Shown piece after piece: positions 13,998 to 28,829 of a stretch of 64,000 nt of DNA. This DNA comes from Chrysomallon squamiferum (taxonomy: Eukaryota > Animalia > Mollusca), in contig CM022671.1 in NCBI GenBank assembly GCA_012295275.1, forward strand, positions 9,362,001 to 9,426,000, written 5' to 3'. Position 1 is the stretch's first letter, and every line of letters starts with the position of its first letter. The notes beneath the pieces are model-generated. The model did no database searches, was not told the DNA's origin, and was given only the letters and a program-made list of their open reading frames with translations. Made by a program: the position numbers and the translations under genes.

Positions 13998-16900
13998 TGT
14001 ACACTAATTAATTATTTCAATTAATCATAGGTCTCACACGTTACAGGTATTTGAAAAACAAATTAGACATAATTATAGATTTATGTAAACAAAAACTTTC
14101 CATTTTCGGTGCATCCACTCTAAATATTGTTTGATTACCTAAACGTTTTGATAAAAAAAAAGTGATAATAAAAATAAAAATAATAAATACTGTTAGATTA
14201 TATTTTTGGGGGTTTATAGTTCAAGTATTACACGTCTTCTTTTTTTTTTTTTTAGTTTTGATCCTTCACGGTTCAATGGACACAGGTCGTGGTCTATGGA
14301 TTTAGTATTTTACTGATAAACTTCAATGGTGATCAGTTTTGTATACCTCTCCTAAATAGTTTCTAATTTTTATGTTTTATGACAATATCTGCTGCCTGCA
14401 GTGGTAGTGGTGGCAGTAGTAGTAGTAATAGTAGTAGTAGTAATAGTAGAAGTAGTGATGTTTTAAAATTAATACAATTACTGTCAGTCCAGAATAGAAA
14501 ACAACTTTGTAATCTTGGAAACTATTTAAAGCATGCATTACTTAAAGTTCGCAATCCTGCAAATACACGTCCACTTGTTTATGTTTAAGCTGATTATTAT
14601 TTATATACGACTTACAATACTGTGTATACTGGTATGCTTCTGAGCCACACAGCTTGAAATGACTACACTACTCCTACAACTATCTAAGTAATCTAATGAT
14701 TTAATAAGATTGTAAGTTCTTCTTAGCCTTGCTCTTGTTGTTGTTGTTCTTATTATTATTACTACTATTATGGGAGGGGAGAAAATTGTATTTTATGGTA
14801 GCAGACAGTATGGTGTTATACTGCAATCAGTAAGAACAGCAGTGGAATTCAGCAGTGCTTAATAAAATATATTGGTGGATTTGGCGTTATGAACACGTAT
14901 AAATATTCTGGTAAAATTACGATATCTTATTTAAATGGCTAGAATACCAACAGAATTTTGTTATTTTATTATTATTATTTTATTTATTTATTATTATTAT
15001 TTTTTGTTTTGACTTTCGCTGTTAAGGTAGGCTGTCTGTATTATTATTGCAAAAAGAACAGCAACAACTGTAGCATTAATCTAATAACAATTCTGTAAAA
15101 TGTAGATGTTTAAAGTCCTCTCTAAATGCATAATATTTTTTTGTTTGTTTGTTTTTGTTGGGTTTTTTTTTTTTCCAGTTTGCTTTTATTGTGAAATCTG
15201 ATCACCCTACTTTGTCCACCGCCCAGAGATCTATCAATTGTTAGAATTTATAGAGGTCTGGATGAAGCTAAAATTTTTCCTAAATCCACTTCTCTCAATT
15301 TGCATTTGTAGTAGTTGTTGTTATTTTCAGACAACAGATCTTATTAATAATACTAATAATATAATCAGAGTTATTTTATTTAGTTACATAGTATGTTCAG
15401 TCTAGCTAAACTTACTCTACTATTACAATCACGAGTAAAAGGTAATATAATTTATGCAAAGGACAGCTGATTTGTATTTGTCTGTGTCATTAAGAAATCA
15501 AAAGCGTTATTAAAAATAAATAAATATATAAATAAAATTAAAAAGCTATTGTGCTTGAAACATCTAAAAGCATTTTATCTTCAGTTCGCCTTATGGTAGT
15601 ATTCTGAATGACTGAAACAATAGAAACTCTGCAACTAAAACATATGATTCGATCTTTTTTCTCTTTTATTTCATTCTAAAGAAAATAATAATAATAATAA
15701 AAACGATTTTAAAAAGCGTATAAAGAAAGACTTTCGTATTATCGATCTACACGTAGTTGCATAAAAGAGAATCGGAAAACGAGCAGCGTTCGGATTTCCG
15801 GAAAAAAATCGCTATCATTCGACTTTGTTCTTCTGCAAAAGCGTAACAACGAAAAAGATCATAATAATAAAAATGGATGCCATTCGATCATGAACAAGCT
15901 GGTTTCCTCTCAAGAAATGAACAATTGTTTGTTACTCTGGGGTTTTTTTTGGTTTAAAAAAAAAAAAAAAATGGTTATTATTTTTTTATTTTTTTTGAGT
16001 TTCCAGGCTTTTGATTTTACAAAATTAATAATTTTTATAAGCCATCAACACTCAAATTTGTAATTCAATATTTATAAGTTTCAGTCAGAAACAATAAAAA
16101 CCCTTCTTAGTACAGTTTATGATTTTGTCTTTCTCTCTTTTTCACTGTTCATGCGTTAATTTTGTATTCTTTATTTTGAACTTCTTCGCACAAACATTCA
16201 TCAAATGAAAGTTTTCTATAATTATGAAATAAGGTACGGAAATTACCACTAAAACACCAGTAGAAAAAGTAGAAAATAATAATAATATTCTGAAATACAC
16301 AAAAACCTCTGAAACCTCAGAAATTTATAAACACTGCTATTTTTATTCGTTTTCGGAACTTGATTTAAGTAATGTCTTTTTCTTTATTATTTTTTTCTCT
16401 TTCCTTTTTTTGTTGTTGTTTATATTTAAAATCTTATACGAAAGCATATACGTCAACTCTTCAGCTGACATTATATTGCAAATTAGTTATTTACTTTCCG
16501 CATGCTACAGTATGAACTCCTCCATCACTTTGAGCATCCATATTTATTTTCCTAAAGTAAAATTATTATTTCCATTTTTTAATATATTTATGTATATTTT
16601 TTTTTAAATTTAAATATGTGATTTCAGTAACAACTCCTAACACATCGCTGTTGGGGACATTATCACAACTATAGAGTTAAGTTGCCTCGTTTTTATTATT
16701 TTGTATTCGATCGATGGCCTTCGCAAAATCAGTCACATTTTTTTTTTCTAATAAAGTATAGTATAAAAATAAAAAAATAAAATAATAAAAAAAATAAAAA
16801 TAAAAAAACGTGGTTAGTCATCTATTTCATTTTAAAAGTTCTGTTTTTAGTACACGAATAGTACAAGTGTTATTATATTTCTGTTATTTATAAGCAGAAG

Positions 16901-18088
16901 GTACACTCTAACAGTAATTTTGGAGTGATGTAGTACTAACGATAGTAAATGTAATAATGGTATTAGCAGCAGCAACTATAAAGAAATAAAAGAAGCAGTA
17001 GCAACACCAACTGAATAAAGAGCTGAATCTGAACATAAAAAAAAAAAAGAAGAAACAAACAAATCGGAAAAAAGAAAATGAATACTGATCAAGATAATAC
17101 AGAGTTAGTGGAAAATATAACGAACCAGGAAAACAACATATAACTCTGAACAAAAACACAGAGTAATTAAATAGTAGATTATGCAAATTTCACCAGACCG
17201 ATAGCTGACCTAATTCATAATGTCTTTCTTCAATTTTTATCGTTTAGTTACACTGAAATATGTCGGACCCTCATATTCGACAGTCTTTACTGCAAATACA
17301 TTTCTCTGTGTCAACGTGTAGAGGTTAAAATGTAATATTCATTGTATTATCCAGGCCTTTCCTGGAAGCTTTATTTCATGTCCTAAATATAGCTGTTGCT
17401 ATTTCCATTTTTATGTAATAAATGACATTACCTTTTTGAAAAAAAAAAAATAATAATAATAATAATAAAATAAAATAAAGATTATATTAAGTTATGATGT
17501 TACAGCTAAGTATCATACAAACAGCGAGACGAAAAATACTGTGGTTTAATCTTTTCTGGGAACATTTAGGCATTAACTGGGACGGGAAATAATAAAAGAA
17601 AAACACTGAGGAGAACTGAACCAGCAACATCAATCCGATAAACCACATGTAATAAAATTATAGATCTTCCCCATTGTAAGGTAACTGTAGAACACGCAAA
17701 TTATTAAAACTGTTTTTGTAACTAAATCAGTTTAAATATTCAGTAAACATAGAATTATTAAAACAAAATATTCGTCATTTTAAAGAATTTTGAATATTTT
17801 CCTGTCAAGTGTTTAGTGTTTTCCAATGAAAGTTTTTTTTGTTTTAATGATTTACGGTACAGAAACAATAAAAGACAATTTACTGTAAAACGAGAGTTAA
17901 AATGAACTGAGTTTCAACTCTGACCGCAGCAGAATGGTTGACATTAACTAGGTGGGCCAGGGTCGGGGTGGACTTATAACTGTCAAACTTAGTACTGTAT
18001 CTGCTTGTTGTTTTCACAAATGCCATTTTATTAATGGAAATATTTTCATGAATTGAAAGTATATTCTAAATTTTTTTTTTTTTTAAAT

Positions 18089-18139
<51 letters not shown>

Positions 18140-18733
18140 GTAAAAAATAAAAAAATAAAAAATAAAATACATATTAACATACTAGAATAGAATAAATAAC
18201 AATCAGAAAGTCTTAATGTTTGTGTGTGTGTTGTGTGACTATAATCGTGATGTTTGCATTCATGTATACAGACACACACTCACACACACATGTAAACAAA
18301 TTCATAGTATCTGTTTTATAGCTGCTAAGCATATTTTTATAAATAAATAAAAAAGTTAACAGCTGAAAAATTAAACTTAGGTGCTTTTAATGTTGATGGT
18401 TTTGAACACTCGATTACCAAATGCAGTTTACATCAAGTTGGAACGAACATACAGTAACCACAAACAATAATCTATCGTGTTTTTATCGTTTTATTAATTA
18501 AATACACAAACACATTATATGTGATCATATCAACAGCTAATATACAAGTAATGCCACTCATCAAATATATTTTGAAACTAGGTTAGTCTGGATAATTTGA
18601 TTAATATCAGTTAGATAAACGCGTAAAAACTAGAGAAAGATTGCAATTTACTTGATTGCTTTAAAGAAAGAAAACATTAGTATTAAAATTATTGGATAAA
18701 TAGATAAATGGTGACAGAAGTATATTTTACAGA

Positions 18734-18820
<87 letters not shown>

Positions 18821-20403
18821 CTTATGTCAAATAATCCTATTCTTTCTGGAATTGCTCCACATCAAATAATACTTTGCAATAGAAAAAACAAATACATTAA
18901 TTTTAATAGCAAAGTCTCCGGAAACAAGTTTTCTTTGATAACTGACAACATGCCATCATTCAGCTAATCTCAAGCCATGTAATATTGATTAATTTACCTT
19001 TTTTTACGATTTATTTTTCCCCCCTTTCTGTTGTTTTCCTCCCCTCATTTAAAACACAATAAATGCAATACTATAAGTAGCGAAATGTTGGCATATGGAC
19101 AAAATTATTGTCAAGATATATTAATTTGTTCCTTTGTCCTTGCATCATTGTTACTTCATTATTAGCAAGGTTGTAGTAAAAGCTTTATACTCAACGACAT
19201 TTCCATTAACATAAACCTGCTTTTTAGAAAATAGTATATTAGGATATGCTGCTAAACCCTGAAGGCTCTGAATTCCGGTTGACAAGTGTCTCCATTCTTC
19301 TTCTTCTGTATTTTTTCCCAACCAAAACGAATAGAAAGAAAAATAAAATAACTCTTGATATCCGTCGATTAAGCAACATAAAATAAATCAAATCAGTTCG
19401 GGTCTGACAATAATTTATAATATTTCTCATTCCACTAAAAAAAAAAAAAAAAGCAGAAAGAAAAAACGTTAAAAAGTAAAAGAAGTAAAAATTCTGTAAA
19501 ATATTGACAAATTGCAGTTTACCTGAATATAAAAGATAGACAAGGCAGTAAGACTGCATTGTATTGTACTGGAATATGTTATAAAAGAAGTAAGTGCTGT
19601 TCAAGTTTAATTTACGTCTTTACAAGGAGAGTAATGTACTTAGTGCATATTCCACACTGGTAAAAACTGGATGAAACAAAAATCATAATTATTATTTTTA
19701 ATTACATTTTAAAACAGTTATTGAAAACTAAAATGAATTCTACTGAAATATGTATTATATTGCTGCTGTATTTTCTACATACAAAAGATCAACTGATTAT
19801 AACTGACTGGACTATTTAAAACTTCGTAGTTTGTGTCATTTTAATTCAGTGGCTGGAAGGAAAATAATAATTTTAAACAATGTAACAGTGGGCTGAATAA
19901 GACGTAATGTCACGTGATATTCACCCACCTCAGCTTTTCTTTATTCAAAATAATGTTAAACCATTCCTTTTGAAAAAAGTGTAAAATTATTTCTCAGTTG
20001 AGGTCAATTTATAAAACAACAATCAAGCTGTAGTGTTAAACTTTCCCCCCTTCTTTTGATTTTGTTTCTTCTAAATTAACAGATTTAAGTACTTTAAATT
20101 CGGGAAATTTCGATCATTTTAACAGTTGATAGATTTGGCATTTTTATTTTCGTATTTTTCTTCTTCTTCTTCACATTCTTTGTATGTAGAGGAATTATGT
20201 AATTTTATTTTGAATTTTATATATGTAATTTTATACGATCAAAAGTGTGACATCACAATTTGTGACATGTGATAGTTATAACAACTAAATGATACGCGCT
20301 GAACATATTTTGGAATTTTACCAGTGATGCTAACTAGGGCAGTGTCATCGGGGTCGTGAAGTATAAACACTGGCACCGTGGTGGGAAAAGTTATTACAAC
20401 AAC

Positions 20404-20481
20404 ATGAACAATTTCAGGTAAGTCAAATTAAATTTTACGTTAATAATTCAGCATGGATAATTTGACTTATTTTTACAGTTC

Positions 20482-20535
<54 letters not shown>

Positions 20536-21121
20536 TTTAATGTTGGATAATAAAATAAGCTATCTTTTAATTAAAAACTAATTTTATATTAATAATTACA
20601 CTTGAAGATATCGAATTTTATTTTTACTGTGAGGTCTTGCTATGGCCAACTGTATGAGAGAGAGAGAGAGAGAGAGATTATTTTTCTTCAAAAAATATTT
20701 GTATTACTAAGTTAAAATGAATAATCAAATTTTATGTTTATTTAACTTCTCTTTTAATTTAGTAAAGCTTAATAATGAACCAAAAATAAATTCACTTAAC
20801 GAAGGAGACTATAACTGTAAGAGAAATTTTAGAGGAAGTTCACTTTACTTTCTCCTCTACCGGTAATCCATTGTTCAGCACATCTACCTTGTGACGCCAC
20901 TCTAGCCCCTATTCTTGTTTTTGTTCCTTTCAAAATTTTTCATCGACATTCAGGAAAAGCAGATAAAGACTGGATACGATAATATTCACTGTTTCTCCGC
21001 AGGCTTAAAATTTTGGCGACGCTTAGGTTGGCAAAATGGGTATCATTTTGATAAACACATAAAATGAAAAACATTATTTATTTGTTTGTTTTATTCTAAT
21101 TTGAATTTACTTACTTATTTG

Positions 21122-21158
<37 letters not shown>

Positions 21159-21925
21159 CATCATCATTATCATCATTATCATCGTCATCATTATCATCAT
21201 CATCATCATTATTATTAATTATAATTTTTATTATATTTATATTTAAATTAGTAAATGAATGGTTACTGTACAAAGAATCTTAATCATAAGATCTATTTAT
21301 TTTATAATGAATGTGCTGTTCTTTTTTTAATCATTTATGTACTTAAACAAAACAACAAAAAAACAACAAAAAAGTAAACTAAGTAACATACATGTTTAAA
21401 TAAAGCAGATATATAAGAGATGCTATTTCAATAAGAATAAAATCTGAACTTGGCCTATAACAGAAGAATAGTAAATGTACAGCAGACCCTTGACTTAACA
21501 AGGTCACGGGGTTTTCAGTTTAAATCGACATTCTTACCATTTTCAGATATAAACACAACTACACAATCGTGTATCCATACATAACCATGAAATTCACATT
21601 CAGTATAAAATGATGTGGTTTTTAAAATAACAGTTTGGGTATACTGGAATTATTTACTATAAATTATGGTTTTGAGTCAGTGGGATAGACTACAATTTAC
21701 TGGTATTATCGGTGATGTGCAAATGCAAAAGGTTGTCAAAAAATAAAAAATAAAATAAAAAAATAAAAAATTAAAAATTTAAAATAAAATGCTATAAATA
21801 AAATAAGGTTGTATAAATATTGTTTGGGCTCGAGAAAAGATAACTTAAAATGTCTGTAAATAATTGTATTCTTGCCAACACCTCCATAGAAAATCGAAAT
21901 TTGAATAGAAAGAAATGGGCACTGT

Positions 21926-21957
<32 letters not shown>

Positions 21958-22976
21958 ACCACAACACCTAATGTACTACAGCTTATTATAATAATATTTA
22001 AAAAAAAAAAAAAAAAAAATTTCTTTCATTCTTCATTTTTTTTTCTATAACATCACCTTTCTGAATGATAAAACCTATGTTATTTACTATGTTATATCCA
22101 TTATATGTTCATATTTATAACAAATTGAATAAACACCCAAACATGAAAATCACCGAATAGTATCAAATAAAAAGTTTAATATGTTCAGAACAACAACAAC
22201 AACAACAATAATGATATTAATAATAAATAATCTGAAGTACAAGATAAAAGTATTTCTATGATAAGTCTACTAAATACATTGATTACAATGTCTTATTATT
22301 AATATTATTAGGAACCTGTTTCTGTGCTGTGTATTCTCAGAACGGTTTGAAATAATGAAAGATAAATTTACGTCCAACGCCCGCGTGCCGTGAAAGGTAT
22401 CAACATTTTCTTTATTTGCACAAAAACATACTTAATGATCATCACATAAATTCAAGGTTAAAAAACTACTATCTCCGCCATAAGTTCTAAACTGTAGTTC
22501 CTCAGAGCATTTAATCTCACACAGGAAGCAGTATATTACAAACACTGACGGAAAGCTTTTGAACGATGTAATTGGTTCTTCAGTTTCATCGCATCGAATC
22601 GACCAATGGAAAACGTCGGCGTTCGCATGGTGCTATGTCCGATTTCCTGTTGATTTCATGCGAGAAGTCACTAAAAGAAACACGGAATCGTAGAGGCAGT
22701 GGATAGCTAGTTAGCTAGCTTGAGCGTAGAAAATTAAATTAAAAATGTTCACGATTTTATTCCACATGTCGAGGACCTCATATGGACTTGAATCTTCTAC
22801 GAAAACAACAGATAATCAAAAATAATGAAAAACGAAAAACTATAATGTACCGATTTCATTATATCGAATTGACGGACATTAAAACGTGCGCGAAAGCAGG
22901 TATGTAAGGCAAAAAATCGAAACCGTGCCTTGCAGACGTCCGCACACCATGTAGCAGGGAAACAGAAAGAAAGACA

Positions 22977-23048
<72 letters not shown>

Positions 23049-24253
23049 TGGGGAGAGGCAGTATGCGTGATAGAGACAGAAATACTCACAATAGTCAGAG
23101 AAAGAGTGAAAGTCAGGCTGACAGACAGATATGCACGTTGTATCGAGTGTATATTTTGTTAACCCTTCCGACACAGTCAACATTTTGCTCTCTGTCAGCC
23201 GCGATTTGAACTATAACCGTTGTTCAGCAGTTAGCTAAAGTGGCTCGCCAGTTTTAACTAACATTGGTATATCACTGTGACATTGTGAGAAAATGATATT
23301 TGACATAGTCAAACAACAAATTACCGATCTCTTATTGAATCACAGCACGGAGACTAGTGATGATAAAAAGTTTAAAATGAAGCTGTAAAATGTTCAGTTC
23401 TGAAAAAAAAAAAAAAAAAAAAGAAGAGAGTGAAAGAAAGAAATCCCACTTGTTATTAACTTTCATCCGGAAACATTTAAAAAATATTTTATCTGAAAAA
23501 TAACATTAACGAGAATTACAAGCAAATTGAAAATTAATTGTGGTATTATTTTTTATTTAAAAAAAAAACAAAAAATAATAATAACATTAATAAATAAACA
23601 GTACTCATTTCAGCGTAATCACACACACACACACACGCACACACACATACACACACACAAACACACACACACACAAAGTTATACATGTACAACAGCTGAT
23701 TATGCATTCTGTTAACAATAGTTTACTAAATTAATAAATTATTTTTATTCTTTATTGTTTTCTGGTTTATTAATCATTGAGATATAAAGCATAATATGAA
23801 TATGAAAAAAAGCTACTGTTTTTCAGGAATCGCAGGCCGCCTGATTACAAACTGCTAGCGATGTGTGCCATAGTTTTCAACCCACTCCTGGGCTGCATAG
23901 CGTTGGCAACAAACGACCTTGCCAAACGACGTCATTTCTGTGGTGAACGATCGTCTGCCAACTTCTACTATTTCGTAACAATACTGTTTAGCGTGTTCAG
24001 CATCGGCAGCACAATAACAATTCTGTCTGTGATGTCCATGCATCTAGTGCTGCAGGAACATCTTCACGTGGCAAAATGGAAACCGAACTGGTGGTGCAAG
24101 CAGGAGGTGGATAACCTCAATATAACGATGCGCGCTGGCGTTTCCGTCGACGAGTTCTGCGATCAGAGAAATGAAAACGTCTGGTTTTTCAAAATCGACA
24201 AAGCCAGGCAAGTTGAATTTCTGAAAAAGAATTCGTTAGGCGGCGCTTCCTAG
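20404..24253 (+). CDS. CD225/dispanin-family (IFITM/PRRT-like) small membrane protein, ~146 aa; exons 20404-20417 and 23827-24253
   Basis: acaacaacATG AAC AAT TTC AG|gtaagt splices in phase to ttttcag|G AAT CGC AGG CCG CCT GAT TAC, giving MNNFRNRRPPDYKLLAMCAIVFNPLLGCIALATNDLAKRRHFCGERSSANFYYFVTILFSVFSIG...; this fits the CD225 pattern (PPDY, hydrophobic helix with C/F-x-P-L-G-x-I-A, basic loop, TM helix). The exon is a GC-rich island; TAG at 24251-24253. The first exon is less certain than the second. Confidence 0.78.
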
Positions 24254-26016
24254 CAGAAGGTGGTGTTGGAACGGGATATTCCAACGAAAATAAAATTAAA
24301 AACGAATTGTTCGGTACTCTTTGGAAAATGTCTGTGAACACAGTTTGATGAATGGAGAACACATTTGGATGCAGGAAAATTGTAAAGACAACAATGATGA
24401 ATGTATTACGAGATCTGTTTTACGAAACTAATCAGTAATAGTTGTTTTATAGATATTTAAAAGGAAACTTCTCGCATGTTCCAGTTAACCTTATCTTTAT
24501 AATTTTAACTCTAAATATGATTTAAGGAGTCATTGTAAATAGTTTGTAGGTTGATTGTAGCTTTTATATGCTTGATTGATTATTATTAAGTCTCCTTGTT
24601 TTTCTGCTTGTTTGCTGTGAGAGTGTGTTATTGAGTATGAGAGTGTGTTGTTATTTTGGGTTTTTCTTCAGTTTACCTTTTGTGAAGTGCATATTCGAAG
24701 AAAGTTTTAAAAAAGCTTCTTTGATATATATGTATGTCAATGCAACTGATCACTTTCAAATTTACAGTGCCCAGTATCTTTTATTTACATATACCTTTTT
24801 CGAATTTATTTCACATAATTATTTCACATACATTGATGATATAAACAATACATTCGTTTTATATCAATAGATTATGTATATGTATATCCGGGTGTATATT
24901 GCTGTTGATGCGATGATGGTGATTCATTTCTATTATTCTGTTATATTTTTCAGATATTCTGAGCTTTGTTTTTAACTAATAAATTAAGCCTATTAATATT
25001 TCTAATGTAGACATGTATATTTGAATGTTATTCTGTATTGTATATTTCATGCTTGACACTCAGTACAAATCCTTGTTGTGTTTGATTAAACACAAATTAA
25101 TACCTACTATATGTCATTTGAAAAATCAGAATAAAAAAAATAAATAAATAAATAAATAAATAAAAAATACTACTAATGATAAATAAATAAAAATATAAGT
25201 AAATAAATCAATAAATAAGTAACTAAATAGATAACTAAACAAATAAATAAACAAATCAATAAATAAATAATTCATAAATAAAAATAAAGAAGGAAAAACA
25301 AAAACAATTCTCTTCAATTTCGGAAGAGAAAGAAAGGAAATAAATGGAAGCAGCATATATTCAAATTTATAAATGAACTTTATTCTTAATTAGTAATCTT
25401 TAACAATTAAATTTTGTATATAATTGTGTTTTAGCGTCTATCTAAAGTGTAATCAAATTTTGTAAAGTAGGATACCCTTTTCTCCCCCACATTTCAGGTC
25501 AATTCAACATCATAGATTATATTGCTGTCAGTATGTACATTGAATAATTCTATTTATTAGCATTTTATCTGCATTTCCTTTTTATCACCGTACATTTTAT
25601 TTTATTTTGTTTTATTTCTTTATATATATATATATATATATATATATTTTTTTTACAAGAAAGAAAGAATGAAAAAGGATTGAAGTTTCAAACAATCTAT
25701 TTTCGTGAGCTCCTTAATCTGTTACCAAACCAAGCATAACATTTCTGATCCCTTCCGTTTCCTTTTCTTAAACGACAGCAAAAGAATAATCTTCTGAATG
25801 TCTGTTACGCTGACATCGACAATTTAAAAACATTATCCGTGAAACAGAAGAGGCTCAACAAATTTTATAGATCGTTAGAAGACAATTACGAAGTTTCGAT
25901 TTGGTTTTAGAAATATTAATGTCTTTGTTTTGGCGATACGTCTGAAAGTATATATAATAATAACAACAGCAACAATAACAACAACAATAGCAAAAACAGT
26001 AATAATAATAATAATA

Positions 26017-26068
<52 letters not shown>

Positions 26069-27361
26069 TCTGTAAGAATAAAGTTAATGTAGAAGTGATG
26101 GTTGTAGTTGTAGTGTTAGTGTGTAAGCAGTAGTACTAGTAGTAGTAGTAGTAACGTTCAAAAAGTAATTAGTAAATAAAATAAAACGTAGAACTGAATA
26201 TAAAGATAAAAAGTATATATAATTATATATATTGTTAATATTTTAATACATTCGTTTATTTATTACATTTAGGTGAAAAGAAAGGGAATAATGGTGATGA
26301 TGATAATGATAATATTTAACATATTAATAACAAAACATTTATAATAATTAAAATTATGATGAAGATGACGAAAACGATGATAATATTCGCATGTAAAACA
26401 CTGGTTATTTAAAAGGCAATTATGTAATGTTCGTTGTCATTGCTTTCATTCTTTATTTTTTTCCTTAAATTAATTTATTAAGATTTAATTTTTTTGTTTT
26501 TAGTTTTTAGTTTGGTAAGACGTTTTTTATTTGTTATATATTTTTTTGTCATTACTGGGCATGCAGTTCTTCTTCTTCATCCTCACTTTCGGAGATTTGA
26601 TTGTTTCAGATTCAATAATGTATTTTTTATTAGCTCTGTAAAAGTGAGATTCGTCATCGCTGTTACAATGTTAAATATGCCTTAGAAATACAAACATGTA
26701 AAAGAAGATGAAAAAATGCGTTTAATAAAAATGTTCACGTGATATTCGAATAGTATGGTTCCTCTTGAAAATTTCATTAACTTTTATGAATATCCTTAAC
26801 AAAATTATTTGTTTCGTTGCTTTAACAAGGATAAAATAAAATTAAAAAAAGAAAAAATAACAAATGATAAAAAAAAGTAAATAAATAAATAAAATAATAA
26901 AAATTAATTAAAATAAAATAATAAAAATTAATTAAAATAAAATAATTTTAATCCATAAACAGAAGCTTTTTATGTGAAAGTTCCTTTACAAATATTTTAA
27001 TAAAGTTGTACCGTATTTAGCGCTGACTCTTATTTTTTTTTTTTTTTGTGTGTGAATAAAATGAATGCATATACTTTGTTTAACGATCGCTCGTGCACGC
27101 ACCTAATAGGAACACTCATTTATACAATACAATTTATACAATACAAACATAAAACAAAAATCAAATTGAACTTTTTTAAACAAAGAATTGCGAATGTAAT
27201 TTTGATTCTGGAAGACTTTTTAAAATAAAGCTGTGATTTTCTTGATAGAAGAAAGGTAAATCTAAGATTTCAGAATGTTCTGTCTTAAAATACAAATTAT
27301 AACAAAAGAGAAAATAAAATAATAATGTTACACAAATAATAAGATAGACGTTACCTAAAAA

Positions 27362-27440
<79 letters not shown>

Positions 27441-28534
27441 CAGACCAGACGCACACATACACATTTACTTTCTGTGTCGCTGTGTGCGTTTCGTAGTCTG
27501 GTAATATATCGCTTTTCTTTCTACATATTTATCTGCCCTTTTTTTTCGTCGCATCTTTTTCTCCTCCTTCCTGCGTCATTTCTTAATAATTGCCTCAACA
27601 TGTCTGCGTGTCTTTTAATGCTTTATAAAATATAATATAATAACTCGCATGTCAAAAAAACCCCGTATTTTCTACCTTTGTTACCAGAGGTGACGCCGCC
27701 TACAGACTTCATTGTTTTGATAAACTGGGAAGAGCTTTGCGTACTTTTACCAGTGATGGATCGCGTGTATTCTGCACCCTTCATGAATCAAGAACGTCTT
27801 ACGGTATTAACTACTGAAATATTGTTAAAAGTCAATTTGTTTCGGTCATTTTATTTCATATTCATTCAAGTATTTAAAATAACATTGTTATATAGTAATC
27901 AGTCACCGAGCCGTAAGAATAATTTGCCGATTTTTTACAAGTTAAATTTTTAAATTACTAATATTTCTTGATGATTATCTTTTTTTGGACCAATACATCT
28001 AGTCGTCAGAAAACGTGCTCTTTTTAAAGAAAAGCATTTTGGAGTTGAGGAAAGAATACGTTTCATGTGATGATACTGGATATACACACATACATACATA
28101 CGTGTACGTATTAGGTGTCCTAATAATAGGTTTCGATAAGTTCTGGTTCTAAACTGGTTATAATATGTGCAGCAAATAATATGCTTTTCTTTGTGCATTA
28201 TTCAGAGACTGGCAGTAGTATTTATGAGCATTGCACTTTTCAAAGTGATCTGAATATTTTATCGCGATTATTAATAGTGCACTTTTTAATACTGAAGTCA
28301 GCTTTAAATCTGCAGGTCATAGATTGTATCAGATGAGACATATTCCTAAACCAGTTGATGTCTTTACTACTAATTCAGTAACCAAGAGTTTGTTAAGAAA
28401 CAATACCTTTTCATGTAAATGGAAGAGGAACACGTTGCACTGGCTGACATTTTTTCTTTATAATGAAATTTATTTCATCTCGAAAGCTGATGATAAAACA
28501 TTTTTCTTTGTTTATTTCTATCGTTACTCTAAAT

Positions 28535-28620
28535 CAGGCATGGGCAACTTTTTTCGAGAAGCGGGCCACATGAAATATGGTTCATCTTCAGGCGGGTCGC
28601 AGGTGCTAATTTAGGCGATT
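28535..28620 (+). mobile_element. hAT (Charlie-type) left-end fragment
   Basis: CAGGCATGGGCAACTTTTT...GCGGGCCACA...GGCGGGTCGCA resembles Charlie-type termini; preceded by ctctaaat; no matching right end found. Confidence 0.55.
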
Positions 28621-28829
28621 TTGTGTTTTTACGTTGAGTTTACTTAAAGAAAATTTTCATTTTCATTTACTTCAGGAACTGTTATAATAAAAAAATTACA
28701 TGTGTTTTAATATATTAGTAGATACAAAATAGACTCATTTTTTTAAAAGCTATCTTACTCAAAACCCGTGAAACATATTTAAAATTTTCTTTCAGACGAA
28801 ATTCAACAATGATATCAGTAACAAAAGAT

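Larger units (their letters stand above)
12505..14310 (-). repeat. Tandem duplication of an ~0.9-kb tRNA-Gly cassette (2 units plus a partial third)
   Basis: Blocks such as aaatgctgctaaatt.tacagtttgttgatct (12511, 13430), cggttcagtggacacag (about 12742, 13652, variant 14269) and tatacagacatcttttgcaacagtg recur in the same order. Confidence 0.85.

Noticed and set aside
15740-15900. CpG-enriched patch with CGGAA/TTCCGG motifs
   Set aside because: No linked exon or donor could be supported
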